DNA of 64,000 bases from Cyanobacteria bacterium P01_F01_bin.150 (GTDB lineage Bacteria > Cyanobacteriota > Cyanobacteriia > CAKZMO01): the NCBI GenBank assembly GCA_039189765.1, contig JBCCYL010000022.1, forward strand, positions 16,115 to 80,114, in the 5' to 3' direction. Position 1 is the stretch's first letter. Every line of letters starts with the position of its first letter. Of this stretch, positions 1 through 9,162 are shown piece by piece. The notes beneath the pieces were generated by a model. The model made no database searches, was not told the DNA's origin, and was given only the letters and a program-made list of their open reading frames with translations. The position numbers and the translations under genes were made by a program.

Positions 1-491
1 GCACTCAGGTCTTGACGGTTCAAATTCTCTTCTAAATGAATGCGTCGAGCTTGTTTATCAGTGACATCCAAAATATCAGCGGGAGCCTTGCCCCAATCAA
101 GCTCCTGGGCAGCTTTACAACGAGTCTCACCATAGACAAGCTCATACAGGTACTTATCATCAAGGTTTAGCTCTGATTTCTTTTCTTCTGAAAGTAAACG
201 TACTGCTATGCGACCAGGGAAACGATTGGTCTCCAGCATACTTTTTTTATGCTTAGCGATCTGATCGGGATCAAAGTACTTTCTTGACTGCTCTGGAAAG
301 TACACAGCATCCAAATCAATCAGGCTAGAATCCTGTGACTGAAAAGCATCGTTTTCCTCGCCCAATGAACCGCTCGCATCTTCCGCTATGGCTGGGGCAT
401 CAGGGGTAAGCTCTTCAGCTACCTCATTAGTTGTTTCAAGCTCCCTTGCATTCTGGATGAGGTTACCCAATGAACTTTTTCTTCTTCCCAT
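1..491 (-). CDS. parB: ParB-family partition protein (runs off the window edge)
   Basis: Not in the ORF track. Manual translation from the ATG at 491, which overlaps the parA stop (TAATG), gives MGRRKSSLGNL...QSRKYFD...YELVYGETRCKAA...LEENLNRQDLSA, with the ParB GxxR and ENxxR motifs. Confidence 0.85.
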   Translation of the reverse strand, partial: MGRRKSSLGNLIQNARELETTNEVAEELTPDAPAIAEDASGSLGEENDAFQSQDSSLIDLDAVYFPEQSRKYFDPDQIAKHKKSMLETNRFPGRIAVRLLSEEKKSELNLDDKYLYELVYGETRCKAAQELDWGKAPADILDVTDKQARRIHLEENLNRQDLS

Positions 492-1123
492 TATGATTCT
501 CCTACAGCGTTCTCAAACTCTTTCTGAATTTCATCTCCCAAGGAGAGAAAATCACGCCAAATATCCTTTGCATTATTTTCGGAGCAATCTTTCACAATGC
601 CACCCGAAAGCGGCAATCGCTCAATGAAAGCGTATTTCCGTATTTCTGTATTGAAGTAAGCAATGTTGGATTCATCAAAATCTTGCTTGATATCAGCCCC
701 CAGCCTTGTAGCCGTAGGTGGCATCATCGAAAGCAACACTCGATAGCAAGCACCTAATTTTTCTGCTGAGTTCACAGTTTGCACCATGACATCAATATCC
801 ATAGGCCGTGGTGTTGTCGGGAGAATCAACAAGTCACAACCTTCAGCAATATCCTGAAATTCGTCAGGAGAAGGTCTTGCCTTGGTATCGATCACGATAA
901 ATTCAGGCATGAGAGACATCAATACCTTTTGAGCTTTGTTTTGAGGCACTACTGGAAATGGGAGAGGTTGAGTTCTTTGAGACCATCGTTCTGCACTGCG
1001 ATTTTCATCAGCATCAATGAGAAGTACCTTGCCATGCTGACTCAAACAGGCAGCTACATGAACTGCTACGGTCGTCTTACTTATCCCACCTTTATATCCT
1101 GCAACGCTGATTATCTGGGACAT
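491..1123 (-). CDS. parA: ParA-family partition ATPase
   Basis: Deviant Walker A KGGISKTT, LLIDAD and IVIDT motifs; 210 aa; translationally coupled to parB. Confidence 0.92.
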   Translation of the reverse strand: MSQIISVAGYKGGISKTTVAVHVAACLSQHGKVLLIDADENRSAERWSQRTQPLPFPVVPQNKAQKVLMSLMPEFIVIDTKARPSPDEFQDIAEGCDLLILPTTPRPMDIDVMVQTVNSAEKLGACYRVLLSMMPPTATRLGADIKQDFDESNIAYFNTEIRKYAFIERLPLSGGIVKDCSENNAKDIWRDFLSLGDEIQKEFENAVGES

Positions 1124-1199
1124 TATTTCCTATGGAAAATTAATTGATTTTATGATTACTCTATTTTGTTAGGCTTTTTTTTTCAAGCCTTTTTTACAC

Positions 1200-1241
1200 A
1201 TTTTTTTCATTGGGAGCGACGTCGCTCCCAATGAAAAAAAT
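1200..1241. promoter_or_regulatory. Perfect 42-bp palindrome, candidate parS centromere or parAB operator
   Basis: ATTTTTTTCATTGGGAGCGAC|GTCGCTCCCAATGAAAAAAAT, no loop, about 80 bp upstream of parA. Confidence 0.65.
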
Positions 1242-1322
1242 AAGTTGAATGCCGACTTGGGTACAATCTTAGATCGTCAGTGTTTCTCTACCCATATGCT
1301 TCTATATCTTGCGCGATAAGCC

Positions 1323-1748
1323 ATGAATCTCATCGTCGATGAACAGTTTACGTGGCAACAGCCTGGGAAACCACCATCAGTTGCAAGAATACGTATCTAC
1401 AAAAAGCTCAATCAAACAATCGTCATTGCTTCTGAATCACCAGAGAACAAAAGCCAATCACTCACGAACGGGGCAGAATATGCGATAGCACAGACTATCA
1501 AGCACTATGGCCTAACTCCCCAAACAATGTTGTGGATCGAAAACTATCCTCCGCGTCTCCCAGTAGAGACCAGAATCGAGGACGAGTATCATCTCGTCCA
1601 GTTCACCTACGACCCCAAGGGTAAGACATTTGAAACCCCCAATTGGATTCAGCTATCTCCCAAAGAAGTGAAGAAGCTTATAGAAGGGGATAATGCACCT
1701 CTTCAGAACCTTATGCACAGGAAACCTACTCATGAAGAGTGGTGGTAG
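1323..1748 (+). CDS. Hypothetical protein
   Basis: 141-aa ORF with globular composition (S-L-T-N-x-A-E and W-I-E motifs), divergent from parA. Confidence 0.75.
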   Translation: MNLIVDEQFTWQQPGKPPSVARIRIYKKLNQTIVIASESPENKSQSLTNGAEYAIAQTIKHYGLTPQTMLWIENYPPRLPVETRIEDEYHLVQFTYDPKGKTFETPNWIQLSPKEVKKLIEGDNAPLQNLMHRKPTHEEWW

Positions 1749-1776
1749 GCCAAGAGTTGAAACAATCTTGGCCTAC
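1745..1776. terminator. Hairpin between convergent genes
   Basis: GTAGGCCAAGA...TCTTGGCCTAC inverted repeat. Confidence 0.55.
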
Positions 1777-1783
1777 CCGAGTC

Positions 1784-2236
1784 TCACGATGAAACCCCTA
1801 GTAGCGTAGCTACTGCCCCAAGGTCTCGAAGATACACCGCATCCTCTTTCCTAAGTTTTCGTAACCCAACACCAGAGGGCACCTCACAAGGTAAATCTGC
1901 AACCCGCACAGTATCCTTCTTGTGAAGTTGGTAGATTTGAACCCCGCTCAAATCTATCGTGAGCGTCCCCACTCCATTAGTTCCTGCCAAGTCAACACCC
2001 TGCACAACAGAAGAAGCCTGCTCCCCTAACATCGCAGAGGAATCCTCTTCCGTCTCAACACCAGATTCTTGGCAAGAACACTCTGCCCCCACATGGGGAC
2101 TTACTGAAACCTGAGATGCAATCTTCTCCATAGAGGCCAACACAAATAAACAGAAAAAAGCAATACATCCAAAAGCTAACGTGTAGTCAAACAGATAGGT
2201 CAATACATCTTGGGCTGTGTCATACATAGCGATCAC
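1784..2236 (-). CDS. Hypothetical membrane protein
   Basis: N-terminal hydrophobic helix; AAGGA Shine-Dalgarno-like sequence upstream. Confidence 0.65.
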   Translation of the reverse strand: MIAMYDTAQDVLTYLFDYTLAFGCIAFFCLFVLASMEKIASQVSVSPHVGAECSCQESGVETEEDSSAMLGEQASSVVQGVDLAGTNGVGTLTIDLSGVQIYQLHKKDTVRVADLPCEVPSGVGLRKLRKEDAVYLRDLGAVATLLGVSS

Positions 2237-2377
2237 CGTCCTTTGTTCTGATAATTTTTTTGTAAACCTTCGAATACGCGCAACCTTTGAAGCGAATTGG
2301 GTGCGTTATCCTCTAAAACTCTTGGTACTAGATGCACCCATCAAGGTCAAGACAAAATCGTGTCAGGCTCTCTCTCT

Positions 2378-3178
2378 TTAAGAAGACCATAAGGTTGTCG
2401 TCTGTCTCAAGCTTTGATAGCTCCCCTTCCCTAAAATGAGATGGTCCAACAAAGGAACTCCCAAAACTTCAGCACCTTCAAGCAACTGTCTTGTAAGAGC
2501 GATATCTTCATTACTGGGTTTAACGGAACCACTGGGATGGTTATGAGCCACAAGTATTCGAGTAGCCCCATGCTTGATTGCAGTTCGGAAGATGTCACGC
2601 GGATGAGCAAGCGTTTCGGTAGCGGTGCCGATGGTAATGACTTGCTTGCCAAGATATTGATGTTTGACATCCAATAAAACTACAGCAAAACGTTCTTGCA
2701 CAGCCCACATTAAATCCTCACGAAGAACAGAAACCGCAACGTCAGGAGAATCAACAACAGTAAGGTACTTCGGAGAAGCAAGGAATATCTTCTTACTGAG
2801 TTCAATAGCTGCAAGCACAGCTCCAGCTCGTGCGGGACCAATCCCTGATATTTGCATCAACTCTTCCGCTGTAATGGTCCTTAAACCCTCCCGTGCATCT
2901 TGGTCATGCTCACTGACTAAGGCAATAATTTTCCGCCCCAAGGAACGTCCATGAACATCTTTGGCCTCCCCCAAAAGGGTATCAAAAAGATAAACCAACG
3001 TTTCTACGTCCTCATTTGAAGAGAGATACCCATCAATGCCAGTGCCTGTCTGGGGTGTCGTTAAGGCGTTATAGATTCCTTCGGAGCTACGTAGCTCCGA
3101 GAGCGTTGGAAAAGTACAGGTCGATTCAAAAATTGCATTGTAGTCAGCAGGAAAAGATTGTGGGGATCTCCCAAACAT
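2378..3178 (-). CDS. radC: RadC-like JAB-domain protein
   Basis: HhH motif (ISGIGPARA) and JAB motif QERF...HPRDIF...AHNHPSGSVKPSNED...LLDH. Confidence 0.92.
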   Translation of the reverse strand: MFGRSPQSFPADYNAIFESTCTFPTLSELRSSEGIYNALTTPQTGTGIDGYLSSNEDVETLVYLFDTLLGEAKDVHGRSLGRKIIALVSEHDQDAREGLRTITAEELMQISGIGPARAGAVLAAIELSKKIFLASPKYLTVVDSPDVAVSVLREDLMWAVQERFAVVLLDVKHQYLGKQVITIGTATETLAHPRDIFRTAIKHGATRILVAHNHPSGSVKPSNEDIALTRQLLEGAEVLGVPLLDHLILGKGSYQSLRQTTTLWSS

Positions 3179-3235
3179 GTGCCTCCTCTCAAATTAAAAG
3201 TGTCTGGCTATTGCTACCAGAACAGCCCCCAATCA

Positions 3236-4171
3236 TCAAGCAACGGATGAAGCCACAACGGGTTGCTGAAGTTTATTACTCCGCTTGATAGGGGCAGGGA
3301 CTCTTTTCTTAGGAGTCTTGGGTAACGTATCAGTGCGGTCTAACGCCACATCAAACCGATGAGTAAGGCTTTGAACAATATCACTATCAGTGGTGAATAT
3401 CCCAACATCACGGTCATGATTACCACTACTAGAAGTAAGAAAGTTATGACTGCCCAGCATCACAAAGCTGTCGTCGCACACCACATATTTTTCGTGAGTT
3501 CCTAAAACTTTGCAATCACAGTGCTCGAATTCTGCCACAAGCCTGTTGATAACGCTAAGGCCATTATACTTCCATGTGTCGCTTTGACTCCCACAAAATA
3601 CCAACTGATTCTCAAGAAATTTCAAGCAGTGCAAATCAGGCAAGTAGCCAATACCGAATGAAATTCTCACACCTCTTTCTAAAAGGGTGTTCAGCTTCGC
3701 TTCAACTTCTTGATCGAGACCAGAAGAAGAAACCCAAGGACACACAATAACCAATCGTTCCTGGGCCACAGTAAGTGCATGAAGCAATTTAGCACGACTC
3801 TCGGCCTTATCCTCAACAACCTCATAGATGGGGGTAGATAACGCTGCCTGTAACTGTAAGCAGATATTTTTTTCAGATTGCAAAGAGGTCGCATGAATAG
3901 CCTGTAATTTATCCTCCACACGTCCTTGATGTAGTGAAAGAATCTCCTGCACCTTGCCATGAGAAGAATGAAGCTGCCTTGACAGCGAGCGTTCAAGTTG
4001 GAAGCGATTGCGTAGGGCAACAGAGACATAACCAGCAAAAAGCAGCAATGAAATAAAAGCAGGGAACTTCCAGGTACATGCGCCGATTGCACCTGCAAGG
4101 AGACCATATTCGGTAGCTACAGTAGGAAGCTTTGCCACTTGCCACACCCATTCAACATCATCGGTCCCCAT
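3236..4171 (-). CDS. Membrane-anchored phospholipase D-family (HKD) nuclease-like protein
   Basis: Single HxKx4Dx6GSxN motif (HEKYVVCDDSFVMLGSHN); N-terminal TM helices and coiled coil. Confidence 0.8.
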   Translation of the reverse strand: MGTDDVEWVWQVAKLPTVATEYGLLAGAIGACTWKFPAFISLLLFAGYVSVALRNRFQLERSLSRQLHSSHGKVQEILSLHQGRVEDKLQAIHATSLQSEKNICLQLQAALSTPIYEVVEDKAESRAKLLHALTVAQERLVIVCPWVSSSGLDQEVEAKLNTLLERGVRISFGIGYLPDLHCLKFLENQLVFCGSQSDTWKYNGLSVINRLVAEFEHCDCKVLGTHEKYVVCDDSFVMLGSHNFLTSSSGNHDRDVGIFTTDSDIVQSLTHRFDVALDRTDTLPKTPKKRVPAPIKRSNKLQQPVVASSVA

Positions 4172-4325
4172 TCTACGGAATTAGCAGTAACATTTTTAAC
4201 CGGAGCATCCCTGAAAAACATACGTATCGGTAGGATTAGGTAGCACTCTATAGATTGGTAGAAGGGGATTTCTTCTCTTTTTAAGGGAACTCTAGCGGTA
4301 GTATCTACCTTATCCATATGTCATT

Positions 4326-4682
4326 ATGGTGCGACTACTCAAACGGATCTTAGGTCTTCCACAAGAGGAGAAGATAACCTTTGATTGCTATGGTGAAGAC
4401 TCCAGTGGGGTTTCTCACGCTATTGTGCAGGAAATCATGGAATGGATATCGCTCAGTCTTTATCACTGTGGATACCGTGGCAATGCTCAAGTAATCTGGT
4501 ACAACGAAGACGTTTCAAATGATTGGGTCCAGGAAGCCTTGCAAGAGGGTATTCGGAAAGACGAGCCTGTGTTGCTGTATCGAACAGGGATGACAACATC
4601 CTCCGCTCCCACAGGGTATTACTGGAGAATGGTACCGGAACATCCTTCGACACGGATTTATCAACTTGAAAGGCACATGTGA
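4326..4682 (+). CDS. Hypothetical protein
   Basis: 118-aa ORF with globular composition. Confidence 0.65.
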   Translation: MVRLLKRILGLPQEEKITFDCYGEDSSGVSHAIVQEIMEWISLSLYHCGYRGNAQVIWYNEDVSNDWVQEALQEGIRKDEPVLLYRTGMTTSSAPTGYYWRMVPEHPSTRIYQLERHM

Positions 4683-4948
4683 AGACACTCTCAAAACCCG
4701 GCAACTCAAGTATCATGCATTCCGATGACAAACAAACTCAGACACAAAAAGTAGAGATGTACGACGGCGTTCCAGTGGCTCCCCCAAAAAACCAGCTCAG
4801 TAGATCCCAACAGCTTGCAATGCTTGATTATCACCCCCTGTTTACGGGGCGATGTCCCCATTGTGAGGTCCCTATTCCTCTTGAAAAAAAGATTCAGAAT
4901 ATTTGGCAATGTCACGCTTGTGGATGGAAAGACAGCACAACAGAATAA
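4679..4948 (+). CDS. Small zinc-ribbon protein
   Basis: CPHC...CHAC motif; overlaps the upstream stop (GTGA); start uncertain. Confidence 0.6.
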   Translation: MKTLSKPGNSSIMHSDDKQTQTQKVEMYDGVPVAPPKNQLSRSQQLAMLDYHPLFTGRCPHCEVPIPLEKKIQNIWQCHACGWKDSTTE

Positions 4949-5265
4949 AAACAAAGACATTGATAAGCTAAGTAGCTCGTGTATCCATCAATCTTTACTG
5001 GTGTAGCGTCTACTTTACAGACTTATCGATATCACCAATTATTCTTTGTATTGTCTGCATTTCCAAGAATTTTTCCAGAGTAAGCTTACAGGCAACCAAT
5101 AGTCTCATCTACGTATCATGCGTCACTCAGGGATGAGACCCGTGAACATAGTGTACATGCACGATAAGTGGTTAAATCCTCATGCCTCTATTTCAAGATC
5201 GTTGCCATACATACTGTTTTCTGGATGTGAGTTTAGCTTATCGCAAGTGTCAATCTATCAAATCT

Positions 5266-5424
5266 CTACTTCTTTTGCTTCTCTTGATACTCCTCATAAG
5301 CTTTCATCAACAGATACGCTGCCAAATTAGAAAAAGAGCGTCTTTCTTTTTTAGCCCATTCCATAAGCCCTTCTTTCAATTCGGGGTCCATATAAACGGT
5401 GACAGATTCTAAGTCAGTAGCCAT
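5266..5424 (-). CDS. Ribbon-helix-helix (CopG/Arc-like) regulator, 52 aa
   Basis: Below the ORF-track cutoff. Manual translation MATDLESVTVYMDPELKEGLMEWAKKERRSFSNLAAYLLMKAYEEYQEKQKK fits the RHH pattern. Confidence 0.75.
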   Translation of the reverse strand: MATDLESVTVYMDPELKEGLMEWAKKERRSFSNLAAYLLMKAYEEYQEKQKK

Positions 5425-5739
5425 AAATGTGTTCTTCTATTCACTGCGAACACATATTACGCATTGAATCCACCAGCACGGTAGCGTACTATACATGCAC
5501 TCTATTAGTAGAGTACTAGTAGAGTGCTTTACTCTGCCGCACAAATGCTATACTCATTCCCAAGTAGAAAAAGCATCACGTCTTATGCTTGACTACGATG
5601 CCGAATACACTCTGCCGTCTAGCATCTAGCAACGTAAGGAAGCTCACCAAACTAACCAACTGCTGTGTGATAGAAGCGTTGCTAGTGCAAGTTTTCTCAT
5701 AATCGAAAAAATATCTACCCAAAAACACGCGAGGTTATT

Positions 5740-5946
5740 ATGACCAAAGAAATTCAAGGTCTCACCATCCTTACTCGACCCTGCGATCAAGGGGACTGCC
5801 CCACACTCTATTCGGATACGGATGGACGTATCTTTGTACAGGGAAATAAGCTTGATAGAGCAAACCATGCTGGCCTGACAGTTCCCGACCATGAAGGCGT
5901 GGTGGAAATCACCCCAGAGCTGATTGAGTTCTTGAAATCCCAATAA
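5740..5946 (+). CDS. Small hypothetical protein
   Basis: GAGG Shine-Dalgarno; C-x3-C-P-T-L-Y and FVQG motifs. Confidence 0.7.
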   Translation: MTKEIQGLTILTRPCDQGDCPTLYSDTDGRIFVQGNKLDRANHAGLTVPDHEGVVEITPELIEFLKSQ

Positions 5947-5994
5947 CTTCAAATCTCTGATAGATAAGCTTTCTGGCTCCTGTATCATCTAAGG

Positions 5995-6510
5995 TCAGGA
6001 GCTAGAAGGTGATGACTCATCCTGCTGAAGAACTTCAGTCTCAATAAAATGGCGAAAATCATGTGAATGAACCATCCTGGCCTTCTCCCAGTAGGCTTTC
6101 ACCGTGGGATAGGCAAAAACATTACGAGCATCACGAGTGAAACCATCCATATGCCTAGCACTTGTGATGCCTGTTTTCTGATTCAAGTACACCAAAAGTA
6201 CCTGATTTACCAGAAATGAACTGAGCTTTTCAATCTCCCAGGTTTTCGGGTCAAAATCATTGGCCTCTGCAAAGCGCTCTAGCAAAGGAGGATTGCTGAT
6301 GATGCCAAAGAACAAATCCCGATGAGCATCAACAGTAGAGTACTTTGCCTCACTGTACCCGCTCACAATCTGATGTTTCACTTGCTTTAAGAGGAGCTGG
6401 ACCGTCTTCTGGGTCGAAAACCACAGCAAAACGTTGAATATGGTGGCGATCAACGTCATCACCATCATCATTAACGCAGTCCAATCAGCAATATTTAACC
6501 CCTGCCACAC
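5995..6510 (-). CDS. Hypothetical membrane protein
   Basis: N-terminal TM helix then a helical domain; AAGGAG Shine-Dalgarno and GTG start. Confidence 0.7.
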   Translation of the reverse strand: MWQGLNIADWTALMMMVMTLIATIFNVLLWFSTQKTVQLLLKQVKHQIVSGYSEAKYSTVDAHRDLFFGIISNPPLLERFAEANDFDPKTWEIEKLSSFLVNQVLLVYLNQKTGITSARHMDGFTRDARNVFAYPTVKAYWEKARMVHSHDFRHFIETEVLQQDESSPSSS

Positions 6511-6655
6511 AGCAGCTCCTTTCAGAAATTATCATCACCTCTTTGGAAGTCCGTAGCGTTGAAGGTGATCTCGTTAGTCCTTAAGCTCTCGCCTGAAAAC
6601 GCTAACAACTCCAGCCTTACAGGTCAACTAGAATTTTGGGTCAGGCAAATCCAAC

Positions 6656-7855
6656 CTAGACAAGGGAGAGTTGTTTTACCGCTCCAGTAAACTCATCCCA
6701 CTTTTGCTGAAACACGCGAGCGTTACGCACTTTGTCTTGCACCAGCGCCGGACACACCACCCAGAAGCCCTCAACGGCAGGATAGACTCCGTTTTCTCGA
6801 TGATGGGTATAGGTTCGTGCAGCACCGTAAGCCTCCTCTACGCCTCCACCATACTCCTCTGCCAACACGTAAAGCTGCTCGGTCATCTCCGGCTTGGTGC
6901 CGACGTCCACCGTGCTGACTCGTCGTGCAACGCTAGTAAACGGTTTCCCTGATTTCTGAGAAACCTTACGCTCATAAATTCGCTCAACACGGTAAAGCCC
7001 CCATTCTTGCTCCGATAACAGACGCTCAAAAGCCTCCAACGCCCTCTGATTGCTCGATTGCACTATCAGGTCATAAGCTGTACCCGATGAAAAAAGATGC
7101 ATTCGGGGATTAAGAGCCAAGGACAGCATTTCAGTGAACAAGGCAAAGGCTGCTGCATCCGGTTCTTCCTTGTATCGTTCCATAGCGGTAGCTACGGACT
7201 GATAGGGACAGTACTTGCAGCAGGATTTCTTCCAAAGCACACCCAACTGCTCTTGAATGTAAGCAATGCAGTCTAGACGAGTCATGTTCCACTCTATGAG
7301 CGGGAAGCGAAACGCATTTCCCCGGCACTGGTATTCCTCACATTTCTCAGCTCGCTTGGTTTCCTCGGCACTGTAGCCAAGATAAGGGCCAAAAACCTGA
7401 CAATGCAGATGGTCTTCCAACCACCTATCAATCACGTATCCCTTCCACTTCATCGCACATAGATGGGGACCACTTAAGGCAGGGATAGTACCTCGTTCAT
7501 GCATGTGGGTGCTGAGTTTGAAATCACCATCAATGTTGAGGCGGTAAGGCTCACGGGTATCTTGCAGGACGGTGTAACCATCCTTTTGGCGTGGCCCATG
7601 CTTCGCTACTTCCACGAAACGGATATGGTGCTTTCGGAGTAGGGAAAAAATGTGCGTTTCCACCAACTCCTTGGTGCTCTCAAACTCATCACCAGTCTGA
7701 GCAGTCAGCACAATCAGATCGCACAAGGGAAACCCACGCTCCTCATCGCTCATAGCAAGCCATTTGAGCAAGATTGCCGTCGAGTCAACGCCCATACCGT
7801 AGTTAAGAACATGGGGCATGTGAGGGATGACAGGGTGCGGAGAGGAAGTATTCAT
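6656..7855 (-). CDS. PAPS-reductase-like / PP-loop adenine nucleotide alpha-hydrolase protein
   Basis: NYGMGVDS PP-loop, TGDE, HLCAMKWK, LGYSAEE, RFPLIEW and KSCCKYCPY motifs. Confidence 0.78.
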   Translation of the reverse strand: MNTSSPHPVIPHMPHVLNYGMGVDSTAILLKWLAMSDEERGFPLCDLIVLTAQTGDEFESTKELVETHIFSLLRKHHIRFVEVAKHGPRQKDGYTVLQDTREPYRLNIDGDFKLSTHMHERGTIPALSGPHLCAMKWKGYVIDRWLEDHLHCQVFGPYLGYSAEETKRAEKCEEYQCRGNAFRFPLIEWNMTRLDCIAYIQEQLGVLWKKSCCKYCPYQSVATAMERYKEEPDAAAFALFTEMLSLALNPRMHLFSSGTAYDLIVQSSNQRALEAFERLLSEQEWGLYRVERIYERKVSQKSGKPFTSVARRVSTVDVGTKPEMTEQLYVLAEEYGGGVEEAYGAARTYTHHRENGVYPAVEGFWVVCPALVQDKVRNARVFQQKWDEFTGAVKQLSLV

Positions 7856-7907
7856 AGTTAAGAGGGAAGTTAAGTTGAACAGTAAAGAAACCAGGCCATT
7901 GAGAGAC

Positions 7908-8041
7908 CTTGGCCTTCTTGTTCAGCAATTCCGGCTAGAGCAAATTTTTGGTGTCAAGGGCGCGGAGGTACGGAGCGGCAAAGCTTTACCCTTGACACCA
8001 AAAATTTTGCTCTGGCACCATCTAGCGAACAAAGGGCAAGG
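7908..8041. promoter_or_regulatory. Long inverted repeat with TTGACA in the stem; candidate single-stranded (Frpo/ssi-like) promoter
   Basis: Core arms 7937-7960 and 7989-8013 (one bulge) with imperfect outer pairing; no U-tract. Confidence 0.5.
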
Positions 8042-8066
8042 GGTTAACGCCTCCCACCCGATACGG

Positions 8067-9017
8067 CTAATACAGTGTGTGCTTTGGGTTCGTGATTGCT
8101 GTTCGGTCGTGCCTTTCCATCACCCGTCTGAAATGCTCTGGATGATCGCACTCGGTGTGCCCAAACTTCTCAAGGAAACAGCTCACGGGATAATGATCAT
8201 ATCCCCGCCCCAGGTTCCGAGCACCATCAACTACTCGCCAGGGCTTTGCAGTCAATCGTGCCCGATAGCTACCTAGAAAAAGCGACATTTGGCAGTAGCT
8301 TGGGTCAATACCTCGTACTCGCCATCTAGGTAGCAGTTCCGCAAATAGCCTCTCTGCCGTCACATCCTGGGCCAGCACTACCCTATGCCCTTTAGCGGTT
8401 TGGTAGAGCCTACCTCCGAATCCCATTGTCCCTAACTCATCCAACAGTTGGACTACCTTCGTCCTACTCCGAGTATCCACGTCAATACAGGGAATCCTGG
8501 TGGTGTTAATAACGAGCGCACCATAATTGTTAATAGCTACCGCTTCAGCCTTATGGACGGCACTGGTAGAAACTCCAAATTCTTCCTCAATCCATGAGCT
8601 GATGAACGGGTCTTCCACTAACTGCGTTAAGCGGTCTATGTCATCTTCATCAAACGAATCTGCAAAGCGGTTCGCATTGGCTAACGCATCTTGGCATTCT
8701 CGGCGAGTTTCCAGTAGGTCATCAGTAAGAGCGACAAGCTTCTCCACGGCGATAGGGTTCTCAGTATCTTGAGCGATAGTGGCAAGCTGCTGATCGCGCT
8801 CTTCTTCATCCAGCTCCAGTAACGTTCGTGCAGTGCTGATGAGGTCCAGACGAGTACTCATCTCCAGGGTTTGACGAAACTCCTTCTGAAATGACGAAAA
8901 CCCACCAGGATAATGCTCGGCGAGTAAATCGGTCACTTTCATACGGTCTCGATAAAAGCCATTGCGTATTAGCCACAATCGTCCGTAGCGTAGTTGTTGG
9001 GCAAAGGTATTAGACAT
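8067..9017 (-). CDS. Hypothetical protein with an AEP-primase-like C-terminal domain
   Basis: IPCIDVD, RLYQTAKGHRV and YRARLTAKPWR motifs. Confidence 0.6.
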   Translation of the reverse strand: MSNTFAQQLRYGRLWLIRNGFYRDRMKVTDLLAEHYPGGFSSFQKEFRQTLEMSTRLDLISTARTLLELDEEERDQQLATIAQDTENPIAVEKLVALTDDLLETRRECQDALANANRFADSFDEDDIDRLTQLVEDPFISSWIEEEFGVSTSAVHKAEAVAINNYGALVINTTRIPCIDVDTRSRTKVVQLLDELGTMGFGGRLYQTAKGHRVVLAQDVTAERLFAELLPRWRVRGIDPSYCQMSLFLGSYRARLTAKPWRVVDGARNLGRGYDHYPVSCFLEKFGHTECDHPEHFRRVMERHDRTAITNPKHTLY

Positions 9018-9162
9018 AGTAATCCTGTGCCGTCACCGTGTACCGATGACAGCTCGCGTTTATGTGGGTGTACAAAAAACTTCTGGTTTAGCTAAAAGAG
9101 GCTCTTAATACGTAGATGCTTTTTCGTGATGCCAGCTCGCGGTAGCATCACCATGACAACCA

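Noticed and set aside
1070..1100. ParA Walker A variant KGGISKT as an inactive ATPase
   Set aside because: Both lysines are retained, so the G-to-S change alone is not evidence of inactivity.
6656..7855. Complete Dnd/Ssp phosphorothioation system
   Set aside because: No partner dnd or ssp genes are in the window.
7827..8276. 149-aa plus-strand ORF across the hairpin
   Set aside because: It overlaps two better-supported minus-strand genes and has no recognisable motifs.
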